A DNA stretch of 12,983 nucleotides, taken from the NCBI RefSeq assembly GCF_006345805.1, contig NW_021826401.1:1-12983 (forward strand), given 5' to 3'. The notes beneath the pieces were generated by a model. That model did no database searches. It was given only the letters and a program-made list of their open reading frames with translations, and had not been told where the DNA came from. Made by a program: the position numbers and the translations under genes. Positions 1 through 8,128 of this stretch are shown piece by piece. This DNA comes from Octopus sinensis. Lineage: Eukaryota. Position 1 is the first letter of the stretch. Every line of letters begins with the position of its first letter.

Positions 1-38
1 ATGCGGATAATGGGTTCAACGTTGGTCATGTCAGCGTG

Positions 39-334
<296 letters not shown>

Positions 335-1202
335 TGAGGTGGTATCAAACCGTTCCCGAACTAGTTCCGTAACTCCCAAGCAGATGGCAACACACTGTTG
401 CGTGCACAGTGAGAGCTAGCTGTGACTTTCATGAAGCAGTGTGCCGAGCGACATGGCTGTGTTTGCTTCGCAAGTTGTGAAATTTGTGTTTTTGTGATCA
501 CGTGTAAAGAGCCAACCTGAAATTTTGCGTTAAACTTAAGAAGTTTGCCTCAGAGACATTGAGCATGCTTCGGTAAGTTCTCAGCAATGAGGTAATGGGT
601 CGTACAAATGTTTCGAGTGGCACGGACGCTTCAAATACTGAAGAACCACCTTGGAAGACGATGAGCGATTTGGAAGACCTGCCATGCGCGTCACTCCCGG
701 AAATGTATTATTGTGCATTGAGGATCCATCCTGTACGGCCAGACCGCTGATCAAGAGTTCTACTGCGACATTTTGAAACGTCTGAGGGAGAACATTCTGT
801 GGAAGCGACTGGATCTGTGCAACACGAAGAATTGTATTTGTCACGACGACAATGCAGCCAGTCACCGAGATTTCCTCACTTATGAGTATCTCGCCCAAAA
901 CAACATACTGTAGCTTCCGCACTCGCCCTATTGGCCATATTTAGCCTCTGCAGACTTCCATATCTTCCCCCACGATGAAAATGCAGCGCAAAGGTCGCCT
1001 TTTTTAAACGGTTGTTGAGATCCAGCGCGAATCGCAGACGATCCTCGACTCACTAACAGAATACGACTTCCGGCCGGATTCCAAAAATGACAGGAACGCT
1101 GGGACTGGTGTAGTGCTGCGCAAGGTGATTATTTCGAAGGAGATAATGCTAAAACTTAGGTACTAAACGTACCCCTAGCCTGAGAACCTTTTGATACCAC
1201 CA
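335..1202 (+). mobile_element. Internally deleted, non-autonomous mariner (Tc1/mariner, DD34D) DNA transposon
   Basis: Left TIR TGAGGTGGTATCAAAccgttcccg at 335 follows TA (333-334). Right TIR gagaaccttTTGATACCACC--A ends at 1202 and is followed by TA (1203-1204). A transposase relic lies inside. Length is about 870 bp versus about 1.3 kb for typical mariners. Confidence 0.92.
508..1159 (+). pseudogene. Mariner transposase pseudogene with stops, frameshifts and a central deletion
   Basis: Manual translation. N-terminal HTH: RANLKFCVKL..SETLSMLR*..CFEWHGRFKY*RTTLEDDERFGRP. After a junction near 707: GQTADQEFYCDILKRLRE..CHDDNAASH..LPHSPYWPYLASADFHIFP..QERWDWCSAAQGDYFEGD. Catalytic Asp codons at 848-850 and 953-955 are separated by 34 codons. 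The WVPREL motif and first Asp are deleted. Confidence 0.92.
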
Positions 1203-1211
1203 TATTATATA

Positions 1212-1541
1212 AGGCGGACTATAGGTGTGTCTGTATGGTAAGTAGCTTGCTTCCCAACCACATTGTTTCGGGTTCAGTTCTACTCGGTGGCACTTTGGCA
1301 AGTGTCTCCTACTATAACCTCGGGCCAACCAAAGCCTACTGAGTGGATTTGCTAGACCGAAACAACCGGTGTTGATGTATTTACGCTCCCGTAGCTTAGC
1401 ACTTCAGCGTAAGAGAGCCTAGAATAAGTATTGGCTTCAAAGAAAACCATTGGAGTCGATTCATTCGACAAAAAATATTTCAAGGCTATGCTCCAACATG
1501 GCCGCAGTCTAATGACTAAAATAAGTAAAAGATAAAAGATA
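1212..1541 (+). mobile_element. tRNA-derived SINE (family 1, Octopus-type), near full length, central microsatellite deleted
   Basis: A-box-like ggtgtgtctgtatggta and B-box ggttcagttc (1271-1280). Body gcaagtgtctcctactata..cgggccaaccaaagcc. Tail gctccaacatggccgcagtctaatgactaaaataagtaaaagataaaagata. Homologous to copies at 3268, 4315, 4384, 5559, 6541 and 8470 in this window. Family identity is from memory; no database name checked. Confidence 0.88.
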
Positions 1542-1831
1542 CGTGTACAGAAATATACACAAATATACATATATACACCCACGTACGTTCATACATACAC
1601 AAAGTTATGCATAAGCACATATATAAACATACGTGCATACGCACTACAAATATACCTAAACACACATACATATACATATTTACACATACGTACATGTACA
1701 TATATACACATATATACAAACATATATATACATATCCCATATATGTACATAATTCCACACATACAACCACATGCATTCATACATACACGCATACAGAACC
1801 ATATGCTTAAGCACACTCATATATATATATG

Positions 1832-1890
<59 letters not shown>

Positions 1891-1932
1891 ATTATATATA
1901 TTTCATATATATATATGTGTGTGTGTATATAT
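1542..1932. repeat. Degenerate (AC/AT)n low-complexity tract with a pure (TA)n core
   Basis: Read directly. Confidence 0.9.
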
Positions 1933-1943
1933 GTTTCAAGGTT

Positions 1944-2033
1944 CTCCATTTAATAGAACAATGCAATCATTACATCAACTTAAATGCAGTGCATTTAAAT
2001 TGATGTAATGATTGCATCGTTCATTAAATGGAG
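1944..2033. repeat. Near-perfect 90-nt palindrome with a 1-nt spacer
   Basis: Arm 1944-1988 (ctccatttaat-a-gaac-a-atgcaatcattacatcaa-c-ttaaatgca) is the reverse complement of 1990-2033: 42 WC pairs, 2 mismatches and 1 bulge. Confidence 0.95.
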
Positions 2034-2177
2034 CCATCTGAAACGGTCGTACTGCATCACCTCTTGATATCCTGTTTGCTTATTTTGATTTTCGAGGTGT
2101 GCAGATAATACCGGACTGACTGACTTGGTGCTTCAACTTTTGTACCTAATTCAACTGGATCTCAATTATTTCTTATC

Positions 2178-2179
<2 letters not shown>

Positions 2180-2222
<43 letters not shown>

Positions 2223-2270
2223 TATATATATATTATATAGTATATATATTATATATGTGTGTGTGTGTGT

Positions 2271-2310
<40 letters not shown>

Positions 2311-2760
2311 CATATATACGTATATATATAAAATATATGTATATATATATATACATATATATACGTATATATATATATATATAAATATGTGTATATATAT
2401 ATACGTATATATATACGTATATAATAATAGTATATATATATATATATACACACACATATATGTATATATGTATATATCTATAATACATGTATATATATGC
2501 ATACATATATGCACTCACACTGCACATACTTACGTACATACAATTTCACACATATATACAAACCTGCCTACAAACACCCTTTTTAACACATGTATACACA
2601 TACACTTCGTTACATGCATATACACACATATAATGACATGCATACACACATACATACAACCTTACCAACATACATACGCACACACGCATACACACATATG
2701 TAAGCATACCCAATTATACCCATATATACATCCATGTAGATATATAAACAGACAGTTAGA
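2180..2760. repeat. (TA)n and degenerate (AC/AT)n tract
   Basis: Read directly. Confidence 0.9.
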
Positions 2761-2779
2761 TCGACCCGGTAATTTAAAC

Positions 2780-2850
2780 TTTAAGAACAACACCCCACCC
2801 CCTCCTTCACCCAACTGGGTTTGAACTCGTTAACTTCCCGCCTTAAAGAC
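2780..2850 (-). mobile_element. Possible decayed tRNA-derived SINE head
   Basis: Minus strand reads gagttcaaaccc (B-box-like) followed by gtgttgttcttaa, resembling the post-tRNA segment of family-2 SINEs. Short and divergent. Confidence 0.3.
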
Positions 2851-3267
2851 ATCATGCTGTGGTGGTGGCCATGGCTAGGATGACACATATCTGCTCTAGA
2901 TATATAATATGTCATATAATAAACATACAAATATACTCTGGTATGTGCACCCATCTACACACTCCCATACGCACTTATACGCATGCTCACAAACATACGC
3001 GACTCATGAGTGTGAGGCGGGGTGTATGTAGGTATACGAGTATATATACTTATATATGTATATATATGTATATATATGCATGTATATTTGTATATATATA
3101 TACATATATACACCCATCTATACTCGCACACATACTGATATTCATACGCATACACAAACACACACTTATTTATGTGTATATATTTATGTATATGTATGTA
3201 TGTGTGTGTGTAAAGAGAGAGAGATAATTGTATATACGCGTGCATGTGACTAAATGCAAATATATAC

Positions 3268-3489
<222 letters not shown>

Positions 3490-3499
3490 ATACTCACAT

Positions 3500-3534
3500 G
3501 GTGGTGCAGCCGCATGGCTGAAACGAGTAAAGTA
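3500..3534 (+). mobile_element. Collapsed SINE family 1 3' tail
   Basis: ggtggtgc-agccgca-tggctgaaacgagtaaag versus tails at 1489-1541 and 8648-8694. Confidence 0.55.
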
Positions 3535-3659
3535 TGTGTGTGCGCGTGCGCGAGTGTGTGTTCTTGTGTATTTGCGGGTATATGTGTTTGCGTGTGTGTG
3601 TATGTGAGTAAGTATCTATGTTTGTAGATATATGTATATAAGTGTACATATGTGTGTGT

Positions 3660-3800
3660 GTAGGTCCTTGTGTCTGTGTTTGTTCCCCATCACCTCTCGA
3701 CACCCGTTGTTGGTGTGTCTACGTCCCTGTTAGTAGCGGTTAGGCAAAAAAATAAGTACTAAAAGTCTAATAACTGGAACAACTAAAAAATAAGAAATAG
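3660..3800 (+). mobile_element. SINE family 1, 3'-central segment
   Basis: tgtgtttgttcccc..gttgttggtgtgtctacgtccctgttagtagcggttaggcaaaaa-aataagtacta aligns to 6740-6840. Confidence 0.8.
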
Positions 3801-4314
3801 CATATATACATACATATACACATGTGTGTGTGTGTGTGGTGTGTGTGTGTGTAAACATTACCGATACCACTTGCTTTATGTATGTTTTGTTTGTGCGCTT
3901 ACTGGCTATGGGATTCATCGAGAAGTCTTTTCAAGATATCGAATGTTAAAAACACTGCCTACCTCGAACCAGACGAAACCAATCACCCTGTAGGTGAATG
4001 AGAACGGTGGTTATCGATATATCGCTGTTATTTGAAGTCGTTTGCACTGTATACTCGAGTCACCTCGAAACGATTTCGAATCTCTGAGCTGAGTTACATA
4101 CATTCAGATAGCATAAAACACATCTACTGACGCGCAGCACTGCTGAACAAGCAGAACAGAATGAAGATTTGAATTAGAAACATCTCTCATAGCGTCAATA
4201 TTATTGATCTTACATAATGCAGATGTTTTGTTCATGCGCTTATTGGCTGGGGTAATCCTGCTGCTGTGTTGTCTCGTTGCCCTGTCTATCCATCTATTTT
4301 TCTCTCTTTTTCTC

Positions 4315-4383
4315 TGGCTGTGGTGAGATGCTCGCTTCCCAACCACATGATTCTGGGTTCAATTCCCCTGCGTAGCACCTTGG
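4315..4383 (+). mobile_element. SINE family 1 tRNA head (truncated)
   Basis: tggctgtggtgagatgctcgcttcccaaccacatgattctgggttcaattcccctgcgtagcaccttgg, with B-box ggttcaattcc. Confidence 0.85.
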
Positions 4384-4467
4384 TCAGCCTGGGGCTATAG
4401 TAGAAGGCCTTTGCCCAAAATGCCATGAAGTGAAACTTAAGTTAAAATGACGTGGCTACAAAGCGAG
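4384..4467 (-). mobile_element. SINE family 1 head fragment, inverted, abutting the preceding copy
   Basis: Reverse complement reads ctcgctttgtagccacgtcatttt..catggcattttgggcaaaggccttctactatagccccaggctga. Closest in-window relative is 5583-5666. Confidence 0.8.
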
Positions 4468-4916
4468 ATTTAGGAAAGCTCTGAATGAGGCCAAGCTCAA
4501 CATTAAGATCGTCGAAAAGCCAGGGAGTACGTCCTGCATAGTCGTGATCTAATGGAGCTCCCTGGCTTTTCAACGATCTTAATGATAACTGCATGGTATG
4601 TAGGATTAACCCTAGCATTAACTGTAGAACAGTATAAGGTGCATAGAAGGTGCTTGTAAAGACAAGAACATGATATACATACGTGAGACATCGAGGAGCA
4701 TTGCAGAGAGACTAAGTGAATATTTGAAGCAATATAACGACAAAAATCGGCCCTCAATACTCCACCAACACACCAAGGACCAACATGGAGGCAACCTGGG
4801 CCAACTTGACATCTGCATTTTTTTCCAAGCACCCGAAAGACCAAACACTCAATCAAATACAGTAATACGTCCTCATAAATGAAATATCCCCAGTACTAAA
4901 TAGGAAATATACGTAG
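4466..4916 (+). pseudogene. Penelope-like element C-terminal ORF relic: linker, Cys-rich motif and GIY-YIG endonuclease
   Basis: Frames joined by hand: FRKALNEAKLNIKIVEKPGS..; CMVCRINPSINCRT; IRCIEGACKDKNMIYIRETSRSIAERLSEYLKQY..ILHQHTKDQHGG..; SKHPKDQTLNQIQ*YVLINEISPVLNRKYT*. YIRETSR matches YIGETxR with a G>R change, and the taa codon falls at the expected catalytic Glu. The layout resembles Neptune-type PLEs (clade call tentative). Confidence 0.8.
4501..4584. repeat. 27-bp inverted repeat around an inverted 30-nt spacer inside the PLE ORF
   Basis: 4501-4527 versus 4558-4584 show 26/27 identity; the mismatch is C4513/A4572, consistent with CpG decay. Confidence 0.95.
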
Positions 4917-4921
4917 TAGAT

Positions 4922-5052
4922 AATCACACACAACACACACCCACATATTTATTATATATATCTATATATAAATATGTATGTATGTATGTATGTATGTATA
5001 TCTAATATATATATATATATATTAATATATATATAATATATATATATATATA
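4922..5052. repeat. Compound (CA)/(ATGT)/(AT)n microsatellite
   Basis: Read directly. Confidence 0.9.
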
Positions 5053-5187
5053 AGAATATAGTAAAGAGTGAAAAAACGACAGAAGGCTTAAATGTTAAAG
5101 AATATATATATTTGCGTCAATATGTCTGGAGAATATTGGAAAAATTTTTTTTCCCTCCCTTATAATGACATAATTTTATAATTTTTA

Positions 5188-5226
5188 AAGAAAGACCGGT
5201 TTCGCATTTAGCTCTTCAAATTTCTT
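5188..5226 (-). ncRNA. Minimal type I hammerhead-like motif A (C3U core variant)
   Basis: Minus strand: AAGAAA-t-TTGAAGA-GC(TAAAT)GC-GAAA-CCGG-TC-TTTCTT. It has a 6-bp stem I, a 2-bp stem II, palindromic ACCGGT stem III and a GUC site at 5194. There is one extra T before the core. Confidence 0.65.
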
Positions 5227-5309
5227 GCGACGTAATGTTTATCTTTAATAGCGTTATCCTTGTTTTTTTGCTACGGAGAGTAGAATATTTAGTGGGCTGT
5301 TATGTAGAC

Positions 5310-5555
5310 GTATGTATGTGTGTATATGCGTATATACAAGTATATGCATATGTATATAGGTAAATGGATATGAATGTAAACAGATAGATAGGTACATAGA
5401 TAATATGAACAGACAAGCACACATACACACATACATACACACATACATACACACATACATACATACATCATATACATACATACACACATACATACGTACG
5501 TACATACATACATACATACATACATACATACATACATACATACAAACATACATTC
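5310..5555. repeat. (CATA)n-rich microsatellite tract
   Basis: Read directly; contiguous with the minus-strand SINE at 5559. Confidence 0.9.
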
Positions 5556-5558
5556 ATG

Positions 5559-5686
5559 CGATGGGCTTCCACACAGTCTCCGTCAGCCCGGGGCTATTGT
5601 AGAAGGAACTTGCCCAAATTGCCATGAAATGAGACTGGACCCAAAATGACGTGGTTAGAAAGCGAACTTCTTAAACCCACATTGTC
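5559..5686 (-). mobile_element. SINE family 1, 5' half
   Basis: Reverse complement: gacaatgtgggtttaagaagttcgctttctaaccacgtcattttgggtccagtc..ggcaagttccttctacaatagccccgggctgacggagactgtgtggaagcccatcg. Confidence 0.8.
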
Positions 5687-6059
5687 TATTTGAACAACAG
5701 AAATATAAACTTCTTCTCAGCACAGTTTATCTAGGACTACATTCTCCAATGTACATATTCCTTTATCATTTCAACACGATATAATTTGAGAAAGATTTGG
5801 CTGCTATTTCTAGCAAGATACGATGCTCGGTGGAAACGGGCTTCATTGAGATTGATAACGATTTAGAAGATGAAGGAGAGTTTCGGCGTTTCTCAACGAA
5901 GTGGAACGGTTTCCACCGAGATTCAACGGAGAATCAAAACGAGGTCATCTACAAGGGTCAACGAAAATTAGTTTCCTTCTAGGAAGTTCGACGTTAAATA
6001 TACATCCAATTTATGGTCACACACATTCCGCTAACAAATGGGTGTACGCACTCGAGTGT

Positions 6060-6132
6060 GCGTATGTGTGTGTATGTGTGAGTATATGTATGTGTGATTA
6101 TGTGTGTGTTTGTACGCATATACATTTCTATG

Positions 6133-6177
<45 letters not shown>

Positions 6178-6214
6178 GCATACTTTACAAATATATATAT
6201 ATATATATATATAC

Positions 6215-6263
<49 letters not shown>

Positions 6264-6364
6264 CATATATATATATATATATACACTATACATATATATT
6301 TACATATATATATACATACACATACACATACATTGACAAATATATATAATCATAATATATATAT

Positions 6365-6422
<58 letters not shown>

Positions 6423-6445
6423 TACACAAATATACAGGACACATA
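6060..6445. repeat. (TG)/(TA)n/(CA) low-complexity tract
   Basis: Read directly. Confidence 0.9.
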
Positions 6446-6473
6446 TTTATACTGAGGGAGTAAGAGAGAAAGT

Positions 6474-6526
6474 CAGAGTGCTCGCCTGCCACGCGGATGG
6501 CCCGAGTTCGATTCCAGGTCAATGCA
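6474..6526 (+). pseudogene. trnG-GCC: 5'-truncated tRNA-Gly(GCC) relic
   Basis: agagtgCTCGC-CT-GCC-AC-GCGGatggcccgagTTCGATTccaggtcAATGCA closely matches the 3' two-thirds of eukaryotic tRNA-Gly(GCC). Anticodon is at 6488-6490. The 5' acceptor strand is absent, the T-stem has 2 mismatches, and there is no CCA. Confidence 0.8.
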
Positions 6527-6540
6527 ATAGTATTTATTTA

Positions 6541-6875
6541 TAGGCGCAGGTGTGGCTGTGGGGTAAGAAGCTTACTTCCCAAGTACATGGTTCCGGGTGA
6601 AGTCCCATTGCGTGACAACTTGGGTAAATGTTTTCTACTATGGCCTCCGGCCGACAAGACCCTTGTGATTGGATTTGGTAGGCGGAAACTGAAAGAAGCC
6701 TATCGTATATATATATATCTTTGTGTGTGTGTGCCTGTGGTTGTTCCCCCCTCCATCGCTTGACGACAATTGTTGGTGTGTTTACGTCCCTGTATCTTAG
6801 CGGTTCGGTAAAAGCGACCGACAGGATAACTACTAGGTTTAAAAAGAAGTCCTGGGTTGGATTTTTCATTCGTTG
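6541..6875 (+). mobile_element. SINE family 1, best-preserved copy, lacking the extreme 3' tail
   Basis: taggcgcaggtgtggctgtggggtaagaagc head, then body, short internal (AT)(GT) repeat at 6708-6732, ttagcggttcgg, and aagtcctggg. Confidence 0.9.
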
Positions 6876-6910
6876 GTGATGTCCTGTACTTGTGTTTTAT
6901 ATATATATAT

Positions 6911-7119
6911 TCAAAATGTGACCTCGTGTGTACCGTTGTCGATTTTTTCCCTCTGTCTTCCCTTCTCTGGATCTTTCATTCTCCTGTGTTTCCGACGAAG
7001 AGCTCCGCTCGAAACGTTAAACCCTCCTTCTTTCCTTCTTCCTGAGCGTCCAATAATACTATATTTGTTCCACGTCCTCGCGTTGTGTGTTTTTTTTGTG
7101 TTTTCTTGTTTGGATTAAC
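6911..7119 (+). mobile_element. About 210-bp hammerhead-containing element flanked on both sides by (TA)n; probable PLE pLTR-derived non-autonomous element
   Basis: (AT)n lies at 6898-6910 and from 7120. The element contains a pyrimidine tract, hammerhead B and a T-rich 3' end. Confidence 0.55.
6988..7022 (+). ncRNA. Minimal type I hammerhead-like motif B (U4C core variant)
   Basis: GTTT-CCGACGA-A-GAGC(TCC)GCTC-GAAA-CGT-T-AAAC. It has a 4-bp stem I, a 4-bp stem II, palindromic ACGT stem III and a GUU site at 7018. Confidence 0.75.
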
Positions 7120-7147
7120 TATATATATATATATATATATATTATAT

Positions 7148-7178
<31 letters not shown>

Positions 7179-7405
7179 TATATATATTACATACATACAT
7201 ACATACATACATACGTACGCACGTACATACATACATCCATACATACATATACACACACACCACACACACACACACATATATATATATAATGCATATTCGT
7301 ACATACATGGAAGCAAACATACAGATAGTCAAATACATACATGCACAGATACACAACATACATCACATATTATATCAGTATATGCATATATGTATATATT
7401 ACATA

Positions 7406-7446
<41 letters not shown>

Positions 7447-7548
7447 GTATGTATGTAATAAATATAAATAGATAAATACATATCTATTAACTCCATTTAT
7501 ATATATATATATATATACACACATATATATACATATATATCGGAAAGT
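7120..7548. repeat. (TA)n/(CATA)n/(CA)n tract
   Basis: Read directly. Confidence 0.9.
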
Positions 7549-7609
7549 TTTGTGCAAATCAGTGAATACATAATGTGGCAGTCCTGGCTGGGACGAATGT
7601 TACTGTTAT

Positions 7610-7645
7610 TTAGCCCGGTTTCTGGATTACTTCATCAGCAGAGAA
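7610..7645 (-). ncRNA. Degenerate hammerhead-like motif C
   Basis: Minus strand: CTGATGA-A-GTAATCCA-GAAA-CCGG-GC. The core heptamer is intact, U16.1 appears mutated to G, and stem I is poor. It shares ctgctga.gaag..atccagaaac-like sequence with motif D. Confidence 0.5.
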
Positions 7646-7700
7646 CACGTACTTGACTAGTGAAGGCGCTACCAAATTCCTTTTCGAAAATATATAACTT

Positions 7701-7746
7701 TCTGTGCTGACGAAGGGGAAATTATCCAGAAACTGCAGTGGGCAGA
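7701..7746 (+). ncRNA. Degenerate hammerhead-like motif D
   Basis: TCTGtg-CTGACGA-AGGGGAAATTATCCA-GAAA-CTGCAG-T-g-ggCAGA. It has a palindromic ACTGCAGT stem III and TCTG/CAGA stem I. Position 17 is G, which is non-cleavable. Confidence 0.55.
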
Positions 7747-7749
7747 TAT

Positions 7750-8010
7750 TGCTTTTTGCTGAAAGATTATGGAGTTATGAAGAGACAAAAAATATATATT
7801 ATCAGAAGTTAAACTAATAGAATAGTGATGGAAAGATCGTAGAATTATTAAATAAAACAATACAGTGAAAAAAATGTGTTGAATGAAAATAAATACACCA
7901 TATAAAGGGAATAGAATAGGATGTGATGTTTTGGATTAAAACACTCATCAAAGAGTAATAAAAGCAATAAGAGAAATAGTGAAAAAGAACTACTGATTAT
8001 ACGACGCCTC
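7750..8010 (+). pseudogene. Probable highly decayed PLE reverse-transcriptase N-terminal region
   Basis: Pieces across frameshifts: LLKDYGVM / KNIYYQKLN..KIVELLNKTIQ / KGNRIG / FGL / TH / IREIV. The order and spacing resemble the PLE pattern K.DY..KM..YxKL..FYGLPKIHK...RPIV. Pattern recognition only. Confidence 0.4.
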
Positions 8011-8091
8011 CACATCTGTGTATATATGAGAGTGCACTGACTCTGTTCAGAGACGTCTATTTTGTATCTCCCCTCGTCTTTTTTTCTCTCC

Positions 8092-8128
8092 TCATCTGTA
8101 GAAGAGAGTAGGCTCGAAACGATAATGA
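8092..8128 (+). ncRNA. Hammerhead-like motif E (A6U core variant)
   Basis: TCAT-CTGTAGA-A-GAG(AGTAGG)CTC-GAAA-CGA-TA-ATGA. It has a 4-bp stem I and a 3-bp stem II, and is followed by TTCCTGAGCG as in motif B. Confidence 0.6.

Noticed and set aside
581-922. 113-aa minus-strand ORF
   Set aside because: It is the antisense shadow of the plus-strand mariner transposase relic.
2036-2052. GAAACGGTC resembling the 3' half of a hammerhead
   Set aside because: No upstream CUGANGA-like core or stem II was found; likely chance.
3818-3827. Short palindromes at CA-to-TG polarity switches (acacatgtgt; also cactcgagtg near 6050)
   Set aside because: They are expected by chance in alternating purine-pyrimidine sequence.
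3934-3996. Possible small exon (tttcaag ... ag|gtgaat; ISNVKNTAYLEPDETNHPV)
   Set aside because: The acceptor is weak and the peptide unrecognisable; it cannot be supported without transcript data.
4503-4856. 117-aa minus-strand ORF
   Set aside because: It is antisense to the PLE GIY-YIG relic. Only its IKIVEKPGSSIRSRLCRT part is meaningful, and that arises from the local inversion.
5785-5815. aaagatttggctgctatttctagca, which I recall as a common cephalopod repeat fragment
   Set aside because: It is too short, has no second copy in the window, and the family cannot be named from sequence alone.
6497-6763. 88-aa ORF; similar ORFs at 8372 and 11545
   Set aside because: They are read-through of tRNA relic and SINE sequence.
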